Source: Candidatus Iainarchaeum sp.
Lineage (GTDB): Archaea > Iainarchaeota > Iainarchaeia > Iainarchaeales > GCA-2688035
DNA: 51,027 nt
Assembly (NCBI GenBank): GCA_017610205.1
Contig: JAFCCL010000010.1
Coordinates: 1-51,027, forward strand
Reading direction: 5' to 3'
Shown here one piece after another: positions 38,278 through 46,666 of this stretch (its first letter is position 1; every line of letters begins with the position of its first letter). The position numbers and the translations under genes are program-made. The notes beneath the pieces were generated by a model. That model made no database searches and had not been told where the DNA came from. It saw only the letters and a program-made list of their open reading frames with translations.

Positions 38278-38817
38278 ATGCCTTTAACGCCGTTTCATCT
38301 CGGGCCTGCTTTGTTTTTTGGATTATTGTTTTTTAGGCTAATTAACTTGCCTGCTTTTTTGATTGCCAACGTTGTTGTTGATATTGAACCTTTCTTGATT
38401 TTATTCTTAGGTTTAGATTTACCTTTGCATGGTTTTTTTCATTCCTTTTTAGGTGGCTCTATAATCGTAATCATTCTTTCCCTTGCAATGATTAAAATGG
38501 ATAAACCAGTTCAGAAAATAATGTCCGCTTTTAAACTTGGGCAAAAATATTCCAAAAGAAGCATTTGGCTTGCATCGTTTTCAGGAATTTACTTGCATAT
38601 CCTGCTTGATTCCATACTCTATACTGATATTAAACCATTCTTTCCATTGAATGTCAACCCATTTTATAACAGCTCAATGTTTGCCGGGTTTGAAATATAC
38701 AGCCTCTGTGTAATCTTGTTTATTTTAGGGCTTGCATTATATGCCTACAAAGCACTGAAACAGCGAATACAAAATCCAATCAATAACATTAAATCATTTA
38801 TCTTCTATATTGTCTAA
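38278..38817 (+). CDS. membrane-bound metal-dependent hydrolase (DUF4184/YdjM-like)
   Basis: MPLTPFH, D.EP, LHGFFHS, HILLDS....DIKPF.P. Confidence 0.85.
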   Translation: MPLTPFHLGPALFFGLLFFRLINLPAFLIANVVVDIEPFLILFLGLDLPLHGFFHSFLGGSIIVIILSLAMIKMDKPVQKIMSAFKLGQKYSKRSIWLASFSGIYLHILLDSILYTDIKPFFPLNVNPFYNSSMFAGFEIYSLCVILFILGLALYAYKALKQRIQNPINNIKSFIFYIV

Positions 38818-38818
38818 C

Positions 38819-38836
38819 AGGCAATGATGAGGTTAA
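38819..38836 (+). repeat. array repeat D AGGCAATGATGAGGTTAA
   Basis: Exact core, 1 bp after the upstream stop codon. Confidence 0.95.
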
Positions 38837-38885
38837 CGACAAAAGCACAATATAGAAGATGTAGCTATTTTAAGAAAAAGTTCTT

Positions 38886-40100
38886 TTATTTACCTAAGTG
38901 TTTTTCGAAGAGATCGAGCCAGTTAAGCACCAGTCTTGTTATCAAGAAATTGTTTTTTACATGCTCTTTTCCATTTTTTCCAAGCTCATTTCTCAGTTTT
39001 TCGTCTTTCAGAATTTTTATTACGCTCTTGCTAAAGCACTTGGTTTCATTTGGCTTGTGCAAAAACCCATTTATGCCATCAATTACTTGAAGTGGAATCC
39101 CCCCAACGTTGGAAGCAACGACAGGTGTTCCTTTGTATAATGCTTCGCTTACAGTTAACCCAAAGCCCTCCCTTTTGGATTTCTGGACGACAACTGAGGA
39201 TGCCCGCTGAACACAATTAACAAGGAAATCGTTTGCAACTGAAATCAGCCTAATGTCCTTGCTGTATCTGCTTTCTTTTGTTCTTTTTTCAAGTTTTTCA
39301 AAGAGTTTTTGGCCCTCGGGATCATCTAAGGCAAACTCGCCAAGCAGAACCAGCTGGCAGTCCAGCTTGCTCCTAACCTGTTCAAAGACCTTTACAACAC
39401 CAATTGGGTCCTTCCACTTGTCAAACCTTGATATTTGTGAAATAATTGGCTTGTTCAGGTCTATTCCGTATTTGCTTGTATACTTTCTAATTACTTCTCC
39501 ACTTGTAGTCTTGTTTTTTGCGCTCAATGGGTCTATGGCTGGCCAGATAACACTTTGAGGAATTTTTAAACGCTTCTTGTATTCGTTTTTTGATACAACA
39601 AAGTGGTCATATTTTTTAAGGAAAGTTTTTAAGTAATCCCAGACTTGGGTATTTGGGTTGGTTAGGTCAATATGACACCTGAAAATCCAGGGCTGCTTCT
39701 TTTTATAAAAGGAAATCAATGGCAAAGGCTGGGGGTCATGCACTATAACCAAGTCATGGTCTAGGTGATTAAAGCTTGAAAAGCGCTTGTTTGTTTCAAA
39801 ATAAATCTCCTTTTTTCTTTTTGAGAGGTTTATGTTCGCTCCCTGCAAGGCATTGTGAAACTTCTTTGTAATTGTAAAGAAGTCCGGCGTCCCATGCAAA
39901 ATCCGCCAGCCCAAATCTATTCCAATTTCGTTGAACAAAATCACAGTGCTGTTGAGCAGCTCTGCAACCCCACCACCCTGATACGTGGAATTTATGAAAA
40001 CAATGTGCTTGTTTGCCAATCTTTCCGCTTTGTTGTGAATACTTTCAATGGCTTCTTTTCCGGCAATCTTTTCATATTTTTTCAGGTTCGGCATGTTCAT
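38886..40100 (-). CDS. treT: trehalose glycosyltransferring synthase (TreT-like GT4)
   Basis: INST..GGGVAELL, HDPQP, W..RCHID, SRFD.WKDP, EGFGLTVSEA. Confidence 0.85.
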   Translation of the reverse strand: MNMPNLKKYEKIAGKEAIESIHNKAERLANKHIVFINSTYQGGGVAELLNSTVILFNEIGIDLGWRILHGTPDFFTITKKFHNALQGANINLSKRKKEIYFETNKRFSSFNHLDHDLVIVHDPQPLPLISFYKKKQPWIFRCHIDLTNPNTQVWDYLKTFLKKYDHFVVSKNEYKKRLKIPQSVIWPAIDPLSAKNKTTSGEVIRKYTSKYGIDLNKPIISQISRFDKWKDPIGVVKVFEQVRSKLDCQLVLLGEFALDDPEGQKLFEKLEKRTKESRYSKDIRLISVANDFLVNCVQRASSVVVQKSKREGFGLTVSEALYKGTPVVASNVGGIPLQVIDGINGFLHKPNETKCFSKSVIKILKDEKLRNELGKNGKEHVKNNFLITRLVLNWLDLFEKHLGK

Positions 40101-40146
40101 ATTATTTGGTGATGGTTGTTTATAAACATTTAGACTCTGGAAGCAT

Positions 40147-42147
40147 CTATTCTTTCAATTTTTCCAAAACTTCTCGTACGCCTTCTGTCGCTGGCTTGGC
40201 TGTTACCTGGTTTGCCAACCTTTTAAGTTTTTTGGTGGCATTTGCTAGGGCAATCTTGAAGCCTGGGTTCAAGAACATGTCTTCGTCGTTTTCTCCGTCT
40301 CCAATCAAAACAGTCTTTTCAAGGTCTATATCCAAATACCTCATCACAAGCCTTAGCCCAAGACCCTTGTCAACACCTGTGGGAAGCACCATGGTCTCGT
40401 CCACGTTCTTGATAAAATTCAGGTCTTTGGCAAGCTTTCCAAGCGTCCTCTTTACCAAGCTCTCGTCATTTGCACGCACACTCGCTATAACCTCGCCTAA
40501 AGTGGTTCCCTGAAGCTTAAGTGCCCTTATCATTTCCCTTGCTTTTCTCATATGCTCTGTATTGATTACTATTGTTTTTTTTGTTAGAGGAAAATAGAGC
40601 ACTGCTCCGTTCTCTGCAACCACGCCTGCCCAGCACTTGAATTTCTTGCACATGTCTCTAACAAAGCCAATGCTTCTGCCTGTTGCAAGAAACAAGGGCA
40701 CATTCAAGCTTTTCAATTCATTCAGTAGCTTGGAATCAAAGTCTGTTGGGTCAAATCTTCGTTTGCATGGCTTGTCAGTTATAGTTCTGTCTAGGTCAAC
40801 AACAATTGCCCTGATATCTGACAGGTCAAGGTATTCAATCCTATGAAATTCGTCTTTGATTCTCTTAATCGAGTTGTAAAGCATCAGGTGCCTTTCAACA
40901 CCGTTCTCAATCTTAAAGTTTTTGTCAACCAGTTCAAGGGACTTTTTTGACATCTTTTCGCTCAGTGATTCCCCTCGCAAGAACTTAAATATGCTTGCAT
41001 CGCCTTTTATAATCTTAACAATACTTCTGGCAGTGGCCTTTATGTCACCAACATCAACTAAAAAACCATTCTCGCCATCCTTTATCTGGATAGGGATGCC
41101 GCCTACCTTTGTTCCCACTACTGGCTTGCCGCAGGCCATGCCCTCAGTTATTGCCAAGCCAAAACCCTCATTCTTTGAACACAATGCTACGACATCAGCG
41201 CTGTTGTACAACTCTGGCAAAATGTGGTAGTCAATGGTGCCTGTCCAAAACACACTATTCTCCATACCAAGGTCTTTTATTAAATTTAACACTTTTTGCT
41301 TCAAAGCCTGCCTGCTTTTTGAAAGCTTGTTGCTCATCGAGTTGCCGCCAACAAAAACAAGCTTTGCATTAGGCACTTCTTTGATTATTTTAGGCATTGC
41401 TTTAATTAGCTGTTCATGGCCTGATTTTGGGTCAACTCTTTGAACGCTAAGAATAATCCTTGAATTTGCAGGGATTTTGTATTTCCGCTTCACAACAGCC
41501 TTGTTTATGTCCATTTTCTTAAAGAGGTTAGTGTTAGCAATAGGGTATATCAGCTCAGTTTTTTCTCTTGGAAGGCCAAGCTTTACAGCTACCTCTATGT
41601 AATCTTGGGACGAAAAAACGACCTTGTCATATTCCTTAAGGTGTTTTATTAAAAACTTGGCCAGGTGTTTTGACATGTTTTCTATAAATGGAATGTGCCA
41701 AGTTAGGATGCAGGGCATGCCCCTTGGCACATACTTGTAAGTAAACAGAAGTTGGAAATCATGGATATGCACTACATCAGCAGGTTGTTGCTCAAGCAAT
41801 TCTCGCAACTCTTCGCCAAAGTACTCGTTAACCTTGTTGTACTCTTCAAAGCCTTCAATCTTATCAGGGGGCTTGTCAAATTCCTTCACATTGTAGTGGC
41901 ATTCCTTATAAACGGTTTCCTTGAATAGGCTGTATCCCTTCATTATTTCAAAATCAATGGGTTCCCTTGGAACCCGGTGTATTTCGATGCCTCTAATCTC
42001 GTCCTCGTAATCTTCCTCGGCAAGCCTTAAATGCACCTCAACAACTTCATTGCCGTTCTTTTTCATCTCTTTCGCAAGGTTCAAAAGGTATGTGGAAACT
42101 CCGCCGATATGCGGATAAAAAGACTGACTTGCGTAATAGATTTTCAT
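40147..42147 (-). CDS. GT4 glycosyltransferase fused to a C-terminal HAD-IIB phosphatase
   Basis: GGVSTY, HIHDFQ and EGFGLAITE in the GT part; DLDRT, ATGR, ENG, K and IGDGEND in the HAD part; start at ATG 42147. Confidence 0.88.
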   Translation of the reverse strand: MKIYYASQSFYPHIGGVSTYLLNLAKEMKKNGNEVVEVHLRLAEEDYEDEIRGIEIHRVPREPIDFEIMKGYSLFKETVYKECHYNVKEFDKPPDKIEGFEEYNKVNEYFGEELRELLEQQPADVVHIHDFQLLFTYKYVPRGMPCILTWHIPFIENMSKHLAKFLIKHLKEYDKVVFSSQDYIEVAVKLGLPREKTELIYPIANTNLFKKMDINKAVVKRKYKIPANSRIILSVQRVDPKSGHEQLIKAMPKIIKEVPNAKLVFVGGNSMSNKLSKSRQALKQKVLNLIKDLGMENSVFWTGTIDYHILPELYNSADVVALCSKNEGFGLAITEGMACGKPVVGTKVGGIPIQIKDGENGFLVDVGDIKATARSIVKIIKGDASIFKFLRGESLSEKMSKKSLELVDKNFKIENGVERHLMLYNSIKRIKDEFHRIEYLDLSDIRAIVVDLDRTITDKPCKRRFDPTDFDSKLLNELKSLNVPLFLATGRSIGFVRDMCKKFKCWAGVVAENGAVLYFPLTKKTIVINTEHMRKAREMIRALKLQGTTLGEVIASVRANDESLVKRTLGKLAKDLNFIKNVDETMVLPTGVDKGLGLRLVMRYLDIDLEKTVLIGDGENDEDMFLNPGFKIALANATKKLKRLANQVTAKPATEGVREVLEKLKE

Positions 42148-42290
42148 CCAGTCGCCTCTACGACTGCAAAAACAGTATGCGCAACTACACAAATAGAATC
42201 TGAGTCAGGATCATCACCTTCATCTGAATCTGAAATTTCCAACCAAAAACCCCGCTTAATTCTACTCTATTAACGAATTCTTTATAAGTA

Positions 42291-42776
42291 TTACGCCATT
42301 GCACATTTAATTTGCTCGGACAATGCAGGTTTAAGAATTTGGCTTTCACAAGTTTGCGTTCTTTCATTTGCCTTTAATCTATTATAAACTATCCCTGCGT
42401 ACTTTTCTGCTTTATCTGCTGAAGGCATTTCTATTTCGGAAACAAGTATTATGGCTGCAAAAATGTTTCTTGCAACAAAAGACAGTTTTAGGTAATAGCG
42501 GTCTTCTTCTTTGTATTTAAGAATGAAGTCTTTTTCTCCAAATTTATTTAATTTTGATATTTCTGCATCTTCATAATATTTTTATTCAACTAACCTTTTT
42601 TCAGCTCTAAAAGACCTGTTAAACCTTTCGCTTGGAACGAGACTTAACCCTAAGTCTTGTTGCCCAGTGGTAATAGGTAGTGGCTTCTCCAAAGCGCACA
42701 AAACAGAGTCATACGAAACTACCATTTGTTCGCCAAGAACTTTTTTGCTAAAGCTTATTTGGTAGCTTTTTACATT
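42291..42776 (-). pseudogene. decayed gene, about 160 codons with an internal TAA and no start
   Basis: Hand translation NVKSYQISF...KRLVE*KYYEDAEISKLNKFGEKDF...AEKYAGIVYNRLK...; one in-frame TAA at 42582-42584. Confidence 0.55.
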
Positions 42777-42827
42777 TTAGGGGGCATCGGAAGGTTTAAA
42801 TGGGGGGGGTTATCGCCTACGTTTTTT

Positions 42828-42845
42828 AGGCAATGGCGAGGTTAT
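42828..42845 (+). repeat. array repeat E (degenerate) AGGCAATGGCGAGGTTAT
   Basis: 15/18 match; intergenic, at the junction between divergent modules. Confidence 0.75.
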
Positions 42846-42953
42846 TGTCGGAAAAAGCATAAGGAATGACACTAATTTAAGTTCCCTAAATGCCTCCTAA
42901 GGTGAATAGGGCATGAATAGACGAGCTTTTAAACGGTACATTCTCAGCGATTG

Positions 42954-42986
42954 CTGAACCTCGCCGCACTAAAGTGCGGGGCTTCC
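42954..42986 (-). mobile_element. orphan IS200/IS605-type right-end hairpin
   Basis: Minus strand GGAAGCCCCGCAC-TTTA-GTGCGGCGAGGTTCAG; same GAAG-hairpin-TCA layout as the tnpB right end. Confidence 0.6.
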
Positions 42987-43317
42987 CAACCCAAAAATGC
43001 AACAGAAAAGCAGAAGCAGTAGTCAAAAAAATCAAATACTTTCTAAACAAGTTTGGAACCCAAAACATTGAACACGCAAACCAGCTACTTGAATTGTTCC
43101 AAAAACAGTACAACAACAGGCTATAGTTAAGATTAAACCATTTTTCGTTCAACTAACTATATAGTGACAAGCAAAAAAACGGGGTTATATGCGTTATCAC
43201 ATAACAACTAAGGAAGATGAGAAGGAAAGAGGACTAAACATACTTTAAGGGTAAAGCATTTAGCCCGCCTTTTTTTTAACATTATAAAGAGTTTCATAAG
43301 GATGGATGTGAAGAAGA

Positions 43318-44523
43318 ATGAAAAGGATGTCAACTAAAATGGGAAAAGATAAAGGTATGAAACAAGATAAAATGATAAACGTTTTGCTGGTGGCAACCCT
43401 TAATCGACCGGTCAGGTCAGATCTTGGTTATGCCCCTATAGAAACGGTCATTTATAATATTGATAAAGGACTTCATAATTTAGGTCACCATTCGATTGTT
43501 GCCTGTTCAGGTGATTCCAAAGTTACCGGCGAACAATTAGTGACTGTCAAGCGAAGCTTTGGTGGGTACTGGAGTGAGGATACTCCAGAAAAGCGTAAAA
43601 GCATACGTTTGCACCTTTTTAAGGCATTGGAAAGGGCAGGTAAGGGTGACATCGACATAATCCACTTGCATGATGCAGCAATGGTAGAGTGTATTTATAA
43701 GGGGGTATTCAAAAGCCCGGTTCCAATCGTGATGACCCTACATGTCCCCGCTCAAGACAGGGGATCTTTCAAGCAGTGGTCTAAATCATTGACATCTTCT
43801 TCCAGGGTGTATTTTGTCCCGATAAGCAAATATCAAAAAAGGCAGCATTATGGCTTAGCAAATACCATGAACGTTATCCATCATGGAATTGATGTGGAAA
43901 ACTACCCGTTTAAAAGTGAGATGGACAAAGAAAGCTATCTGTTTACTATCGGCAGAATAACTAAAGTCAAAGGACAGGATATAGCCATAAAAGTTGCAAG
44001 AAAAACAGGTTCTAAACTTATTATAGCTGGTAATGTTCAGAACAAAGCGAAAGATAGAAAGTTTTTTGAAAAATTAAAAAAGTCTATTGACCTATGTGTT
44101 GAGGCAGGCAAATACCCTGCTGATAATGATTATTATGAGAAGGTAATGAAACCATTATTGGACTGTGACAAACAGATTATCTACATCGGAGAAATCAGTA
44201 GAGAGCAAAATAAATTATGGTATCTGCATGCCCGGGCTACTTTATTCCCCATTCAATGGGGTGAACCATTTGGACTTGTAATGATCGAGTCAATGGCGTG
44301 CGGTACACCAATTTTGGCATTTAGAAAAGGTTCTGTCACAGAGATTGTGGTAGAAGGGAAAACAGGATTTGTCGTAGACTCCATTGGTGGTATGATTGAA
44401 GCAGTAAAACATATTGATAGTATCGATCCTTGTGTATGTCGGAAATACGTTCAGGATAATTTCTCTGTAATAAGTATGGCTCAAAAGTATTCAAAATTGT
44501 ATCAAAAGATTCTAGGATCCTAA
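43318..44523 (+). CDS. GT4 glycosyltransferase (start uncertain)
   Basis: GY.PIE, TLH, HHGID, GRI..VKG, W.EPFGLVMIESMACGTP. Confidence 0.92.
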   Translation: MKRMSTKMGKDKGMKQDKMINVLLVATLNRPVRSDLGYAPIETVIYNIDKGLHNLGHHSIVACSGDSKVTGEQLVTVKRSFGGYWSEDTPEKRKSIRLHLFKALERAGKGDIDIIHLHDAAMVECIYKGVFKSPVPIVMTLHVPAQDRGSFKQWSKSLTSSSRVYFVPISKYQKRQHYGLANTMNVIHHGIDVENYPFKSEMDKESYLFTIGRITKVKGQDIAIKVARKTGSKLIIAGNVQNKAKDRKFFEKLKKSIDLCVEAGKYPADNDYYEKVMKPLLDCDKQIIYIGEISREQNKLWYLHARATLFPIQWGEPFGLVMIESMACGTPILAFRKGSVTEIVVEGKTGFVVDSIGGMIEAVKHIDSIDPCVCRKYVQDNFSVISMAQKYSKLYQKILGS

Positions 44524-44639
44524 TAATAGGATGTTCCGGTGGAGGAGTATATGAAGTCATACAGAATGATATTAATGGCTACCTAACTGCCCAAGATGAT
44601 TCTGTGGAATTAACAAAAAAGATGGGTGCATTAAAATAG
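44520..44639 (+). pseudogene. orphan C-terminal fragment of another GT4 glycosyltransferase
   Basis: LIIGCSGGGVYEVIQNDINGYLTAQDDSVELTKKM matches the GT4 pattern P.I....GG..E.I....NG.L....D...L. Confidence 0.6.
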
Positions 44640-44674
44640 CAACTTTTATTAAGGTATTCACTCTGTTAGAACAT

Positions 44675-45751
44675 ATGGTTTCAAAAGAAAGAATAAAATC
44701 ACTTTGGGAAACGAGTAAAAAAGTTATTTTGGACTGCTCACTTGAAAATGGTGCAATTGTTGCTGCTAACTCTGATAAGTCTTATTACCCAAAAGATGCT
44801 TATAATTATAGATATATTTGGCCTAGAGATGCGGGCTATATCTGTGTAGCTGCACAAGAAGCAGGCATTGACACCATACAAAAGCCATTTTTCGATTGGG
44901 TACTAGAAAGATCTGAAGGTTTCAAGGAGACCAATCTTCTTTACCAAAACTATTCAACAAATGGAACAAAATTTTGGTTGAGTTTTCAACCAGACCAAAA
45001 TGGCACAATGCTTTGGGCAATTTATAAGTTCTTTGAGAAAAAAAAGATACCAAAAAAATATGTCACGCTTATAAAAAAACTCGCAAATGGATTATGCAAT
45101 ATATGGGACAAAACTCATTTTACAAAAAAGACCCAGGGTTTGTGGGAATACTATTACTGTTACCCTGATTTAGATGAGAACCATACTTATTCCTTGGCAG
45201 CTTGCGCTCAAGGCCTTAATCTAGCAAATAAGCTTATAACTAACAAGAGATGGGAAATTGTTTCAAAGCAAATGGTAAAGCAAATCCAACAAAGATATGC
45301 TCAAAAACTCAATTATTTTACAAGGACAACAGGAAAGATCAAGCTTCTAAAAATTGATGCATCGCTAATAGGTTTAGTATATCCTTTTGATATTGTAAAA
45401 CCTAACGATGAAAGAATGATTAAGACAATTGAGATTATGGAAGCTAAAATTATGGTCAAGACTGGCCTATTGAGGTATGAATATGACACTTATGATGCTT
45501 GGGCAATTGAAGGTGGTTACAGAGGAAAGGGAGCAGGAAGTTGGCCTTTGCTCAATTTCTGGTTGGCAATTTATTATTATCAATCTGGAAACAAAAAGAG
45601 CGCTTTGTCATTGTATAATAAAACATTAAAACAATTTGAAGATTACATACCTGAACAAGTTTTTGATAACGATATACAACAAACAGTAAAACCTTTAGCT
45701 TGGGCACATGCAATGTTTATTCTTGCCACAAAAGAGTTGGGTTTAATATAA
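44675..45751 (+). CDS. GH15-like glucoamylase/trehalase
   Basis: GAIVAA, Y.YIWPRDA, Q.DQ, LWE, DAS, RYE.D.Y, PEQ, PLAWAHA. Confidence 0.88.
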   Translation: MVSKERIKSLWETSKKVILDCSLENGAIVAANSDKSYYPKDAYNYRYIWPRDAGYICVAAQEAGIDTIQKPFFDWVLERSEGFKETNLLYQNYSTNGTKFWLSFQPDQNGTMLWAIYKFFEKKKIPKKYVTLIKKLANGLCNIWDKTHFTKKTQGLWEYYYCYPDLDENHTYSLAACAQGLNLANKLITNKRWEIVSKQMVKQIQQRYAQKLNYFTRTTGKIKLLKIDASLIGLVYPFDIVKPNDERMIKTIEIMEAKIMVKTGLLRYEYDTYDAWAIEGGYRGKGAGSWPLLNFWLAIYYYQSGNKKSALSLYNKTLKQFEDYIPEQVFDNDIQQTVKPLAWAHAMFILATKELGLI

Positions 45752-45964
45752 GTTCGAGTACGTCTTTGCTCCTTATTACATTCCTGAAACTAAGCTCGTC
45801 ACTCTCAATCTTATGTCTTGTATTTTGGTCAGTATTATTGTAAGCAAGCATCATTTATTGGACTGTACCCCTAAACGGGACAACTGGTTAAAGCAATATG
45901 TATTTCTGGCCATTTTTCCCTCAAAAAACATTAATTTTAACATATAATCTCTATACATGTCTGT

Positions 45965-45992
45965 AGGCAATGATGAGGTTAACGCCTGCTGA
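45965..45992 (+). repeat. array repeat F (28 bp) AGGCAATGATGAGGTTAACGCCTGCTGA
   Basis: 27/28 identical to repeat A. Confidence 0.95.
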
Positions 45993-46021
45993 AGCAAATG
46001 TAGATAGTCAAACTACGTTCT
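45965..46021 (+). ncRNA. candidate C/D-box-like small RNA (terminal box D not evident)
   Basis: Box C ATGATGA, 12 nt, CTGA, C'-like ATGTAGA, then AGTCAAACTAC; TATAAT about 20 bp upstream. Confidence 0.3.
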
Positions 46022-46087
46022 TTTAATGCGCATTAAACGGATGCTATTTATATACTTTAATGTGGATTTATTGTGTATGGTGATTGT

Positions 46088-46324
46088 ATGAATGCTGACC
46101 TTGGTGTGCCCTATGAGGCAATTTTAAAGAAGGCAATTGAAAGAGGTTATGCCGGAAACCAGACAGAAGTTGTCAGGCAGGCTTTGCTCAATTACGAGAG
46201 AATGATTGACGAAGAAGAAAAAGAACTTGTTGCCAAAGCTATTAAAATAGAAATGGGCGAAGTAAAAGCAGGAAAAATCAAAACAAAATCCTTTAGTGAA
46301 GTCAAGAAAAAATTCAAGTGGTAA
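46088..46324 (+). CDS. putative antitoxin (RHH-like)
   Basis: G.Y..N..EVVR.AL pattern; C-terminal GKIKTKSFSEVKK; translationally adjacent to the toxin. Confidence 0.7.
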   Translation: MNADLGVPYEAILKKAIERGYAGNQTEVVRQALLNYERMIDEEEKELVAKAIKIEMGEVKAGKIKTKSFSEVKKKFKW

Positions 46325-46325
46325 A

Positions 46326-46586
46326 ATGAAAATACAGATTCTTGAAACCGCTGAAAAAGAACTTGAAAAAATAGCCAACCCCTTAAACAAACAATTCGGG
46401 AAACATATTGAAAAAATCGCCTCAAAAGAAACCAATAGACACCTGAAAAGTGGTTTGCCTTACTTCACTGAAAATGTTACAAAACAGGCAAGACTTATCT
46501 GCTATATTAAGGAAGAAACTATTTATGCGCTGCATTGCTTTGCAGGCCACAAAGAATACAAAAGATGGTACAGGTCATTTAAGTAA
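46326..46586 (+). CDS. putative RelE/ParE-like toxin
   Basis: A.KELEK, H...G, RLI......IY......H..Y; about 86 aa, basic, downstream of the antitoxin. Confidence 0.65.
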   Translation: MKIQILETAEKELEKIANPLNKQFGKHIEKIASKETNRHLKSGLPYFTENVTKQARLICYIKEETIYALHCFAGHKEYKRWYRSFK

Positions 46587-46666
46587 GAAACCAATAACTT
46601 CTACATAACGAATTGTTGTTTTCCTTAAAATCTTTTCTTATTAGAAATGTTTTGAGGAGAATTATT

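Larger units (their letters stand above)
30959..45992. mobile_element. accessory island bounded by 28-bp direct repeats and split into five modules by internal 18-bp repeats
   Basis: AGGCAATGATGAGGTTAAC(A/G)CCTGCTGA at both ends, four internal shorter copies, accessory gene content, gene remnants. Confidence 0.75.

Noticed and set aside
38812-38838. Canonical integron attC (GTCTAAC...GTTAACG)
   Set aside because: Only 27 bp end to end, no L boxes, not repeated in this form at other copies, and no intI. Kept only as an analogy.
30959-45992. Dispersed 18-bp repeats as a CRISPR or TIGR array
   Set aside because: Spacing is 0.9-5.2 kb with whole genes in between; no cas or Nop-domain gene is present in the window.
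45970-46026. Short peptide MMRLTPAEANVDSQTTFF or a tmRNA-like AN... tag
   Set aside because: Reading frames from the repeat differ at each copy (copy B stops after 3 codons); archaea have no tmRNA and no tRNA-like domain is present.
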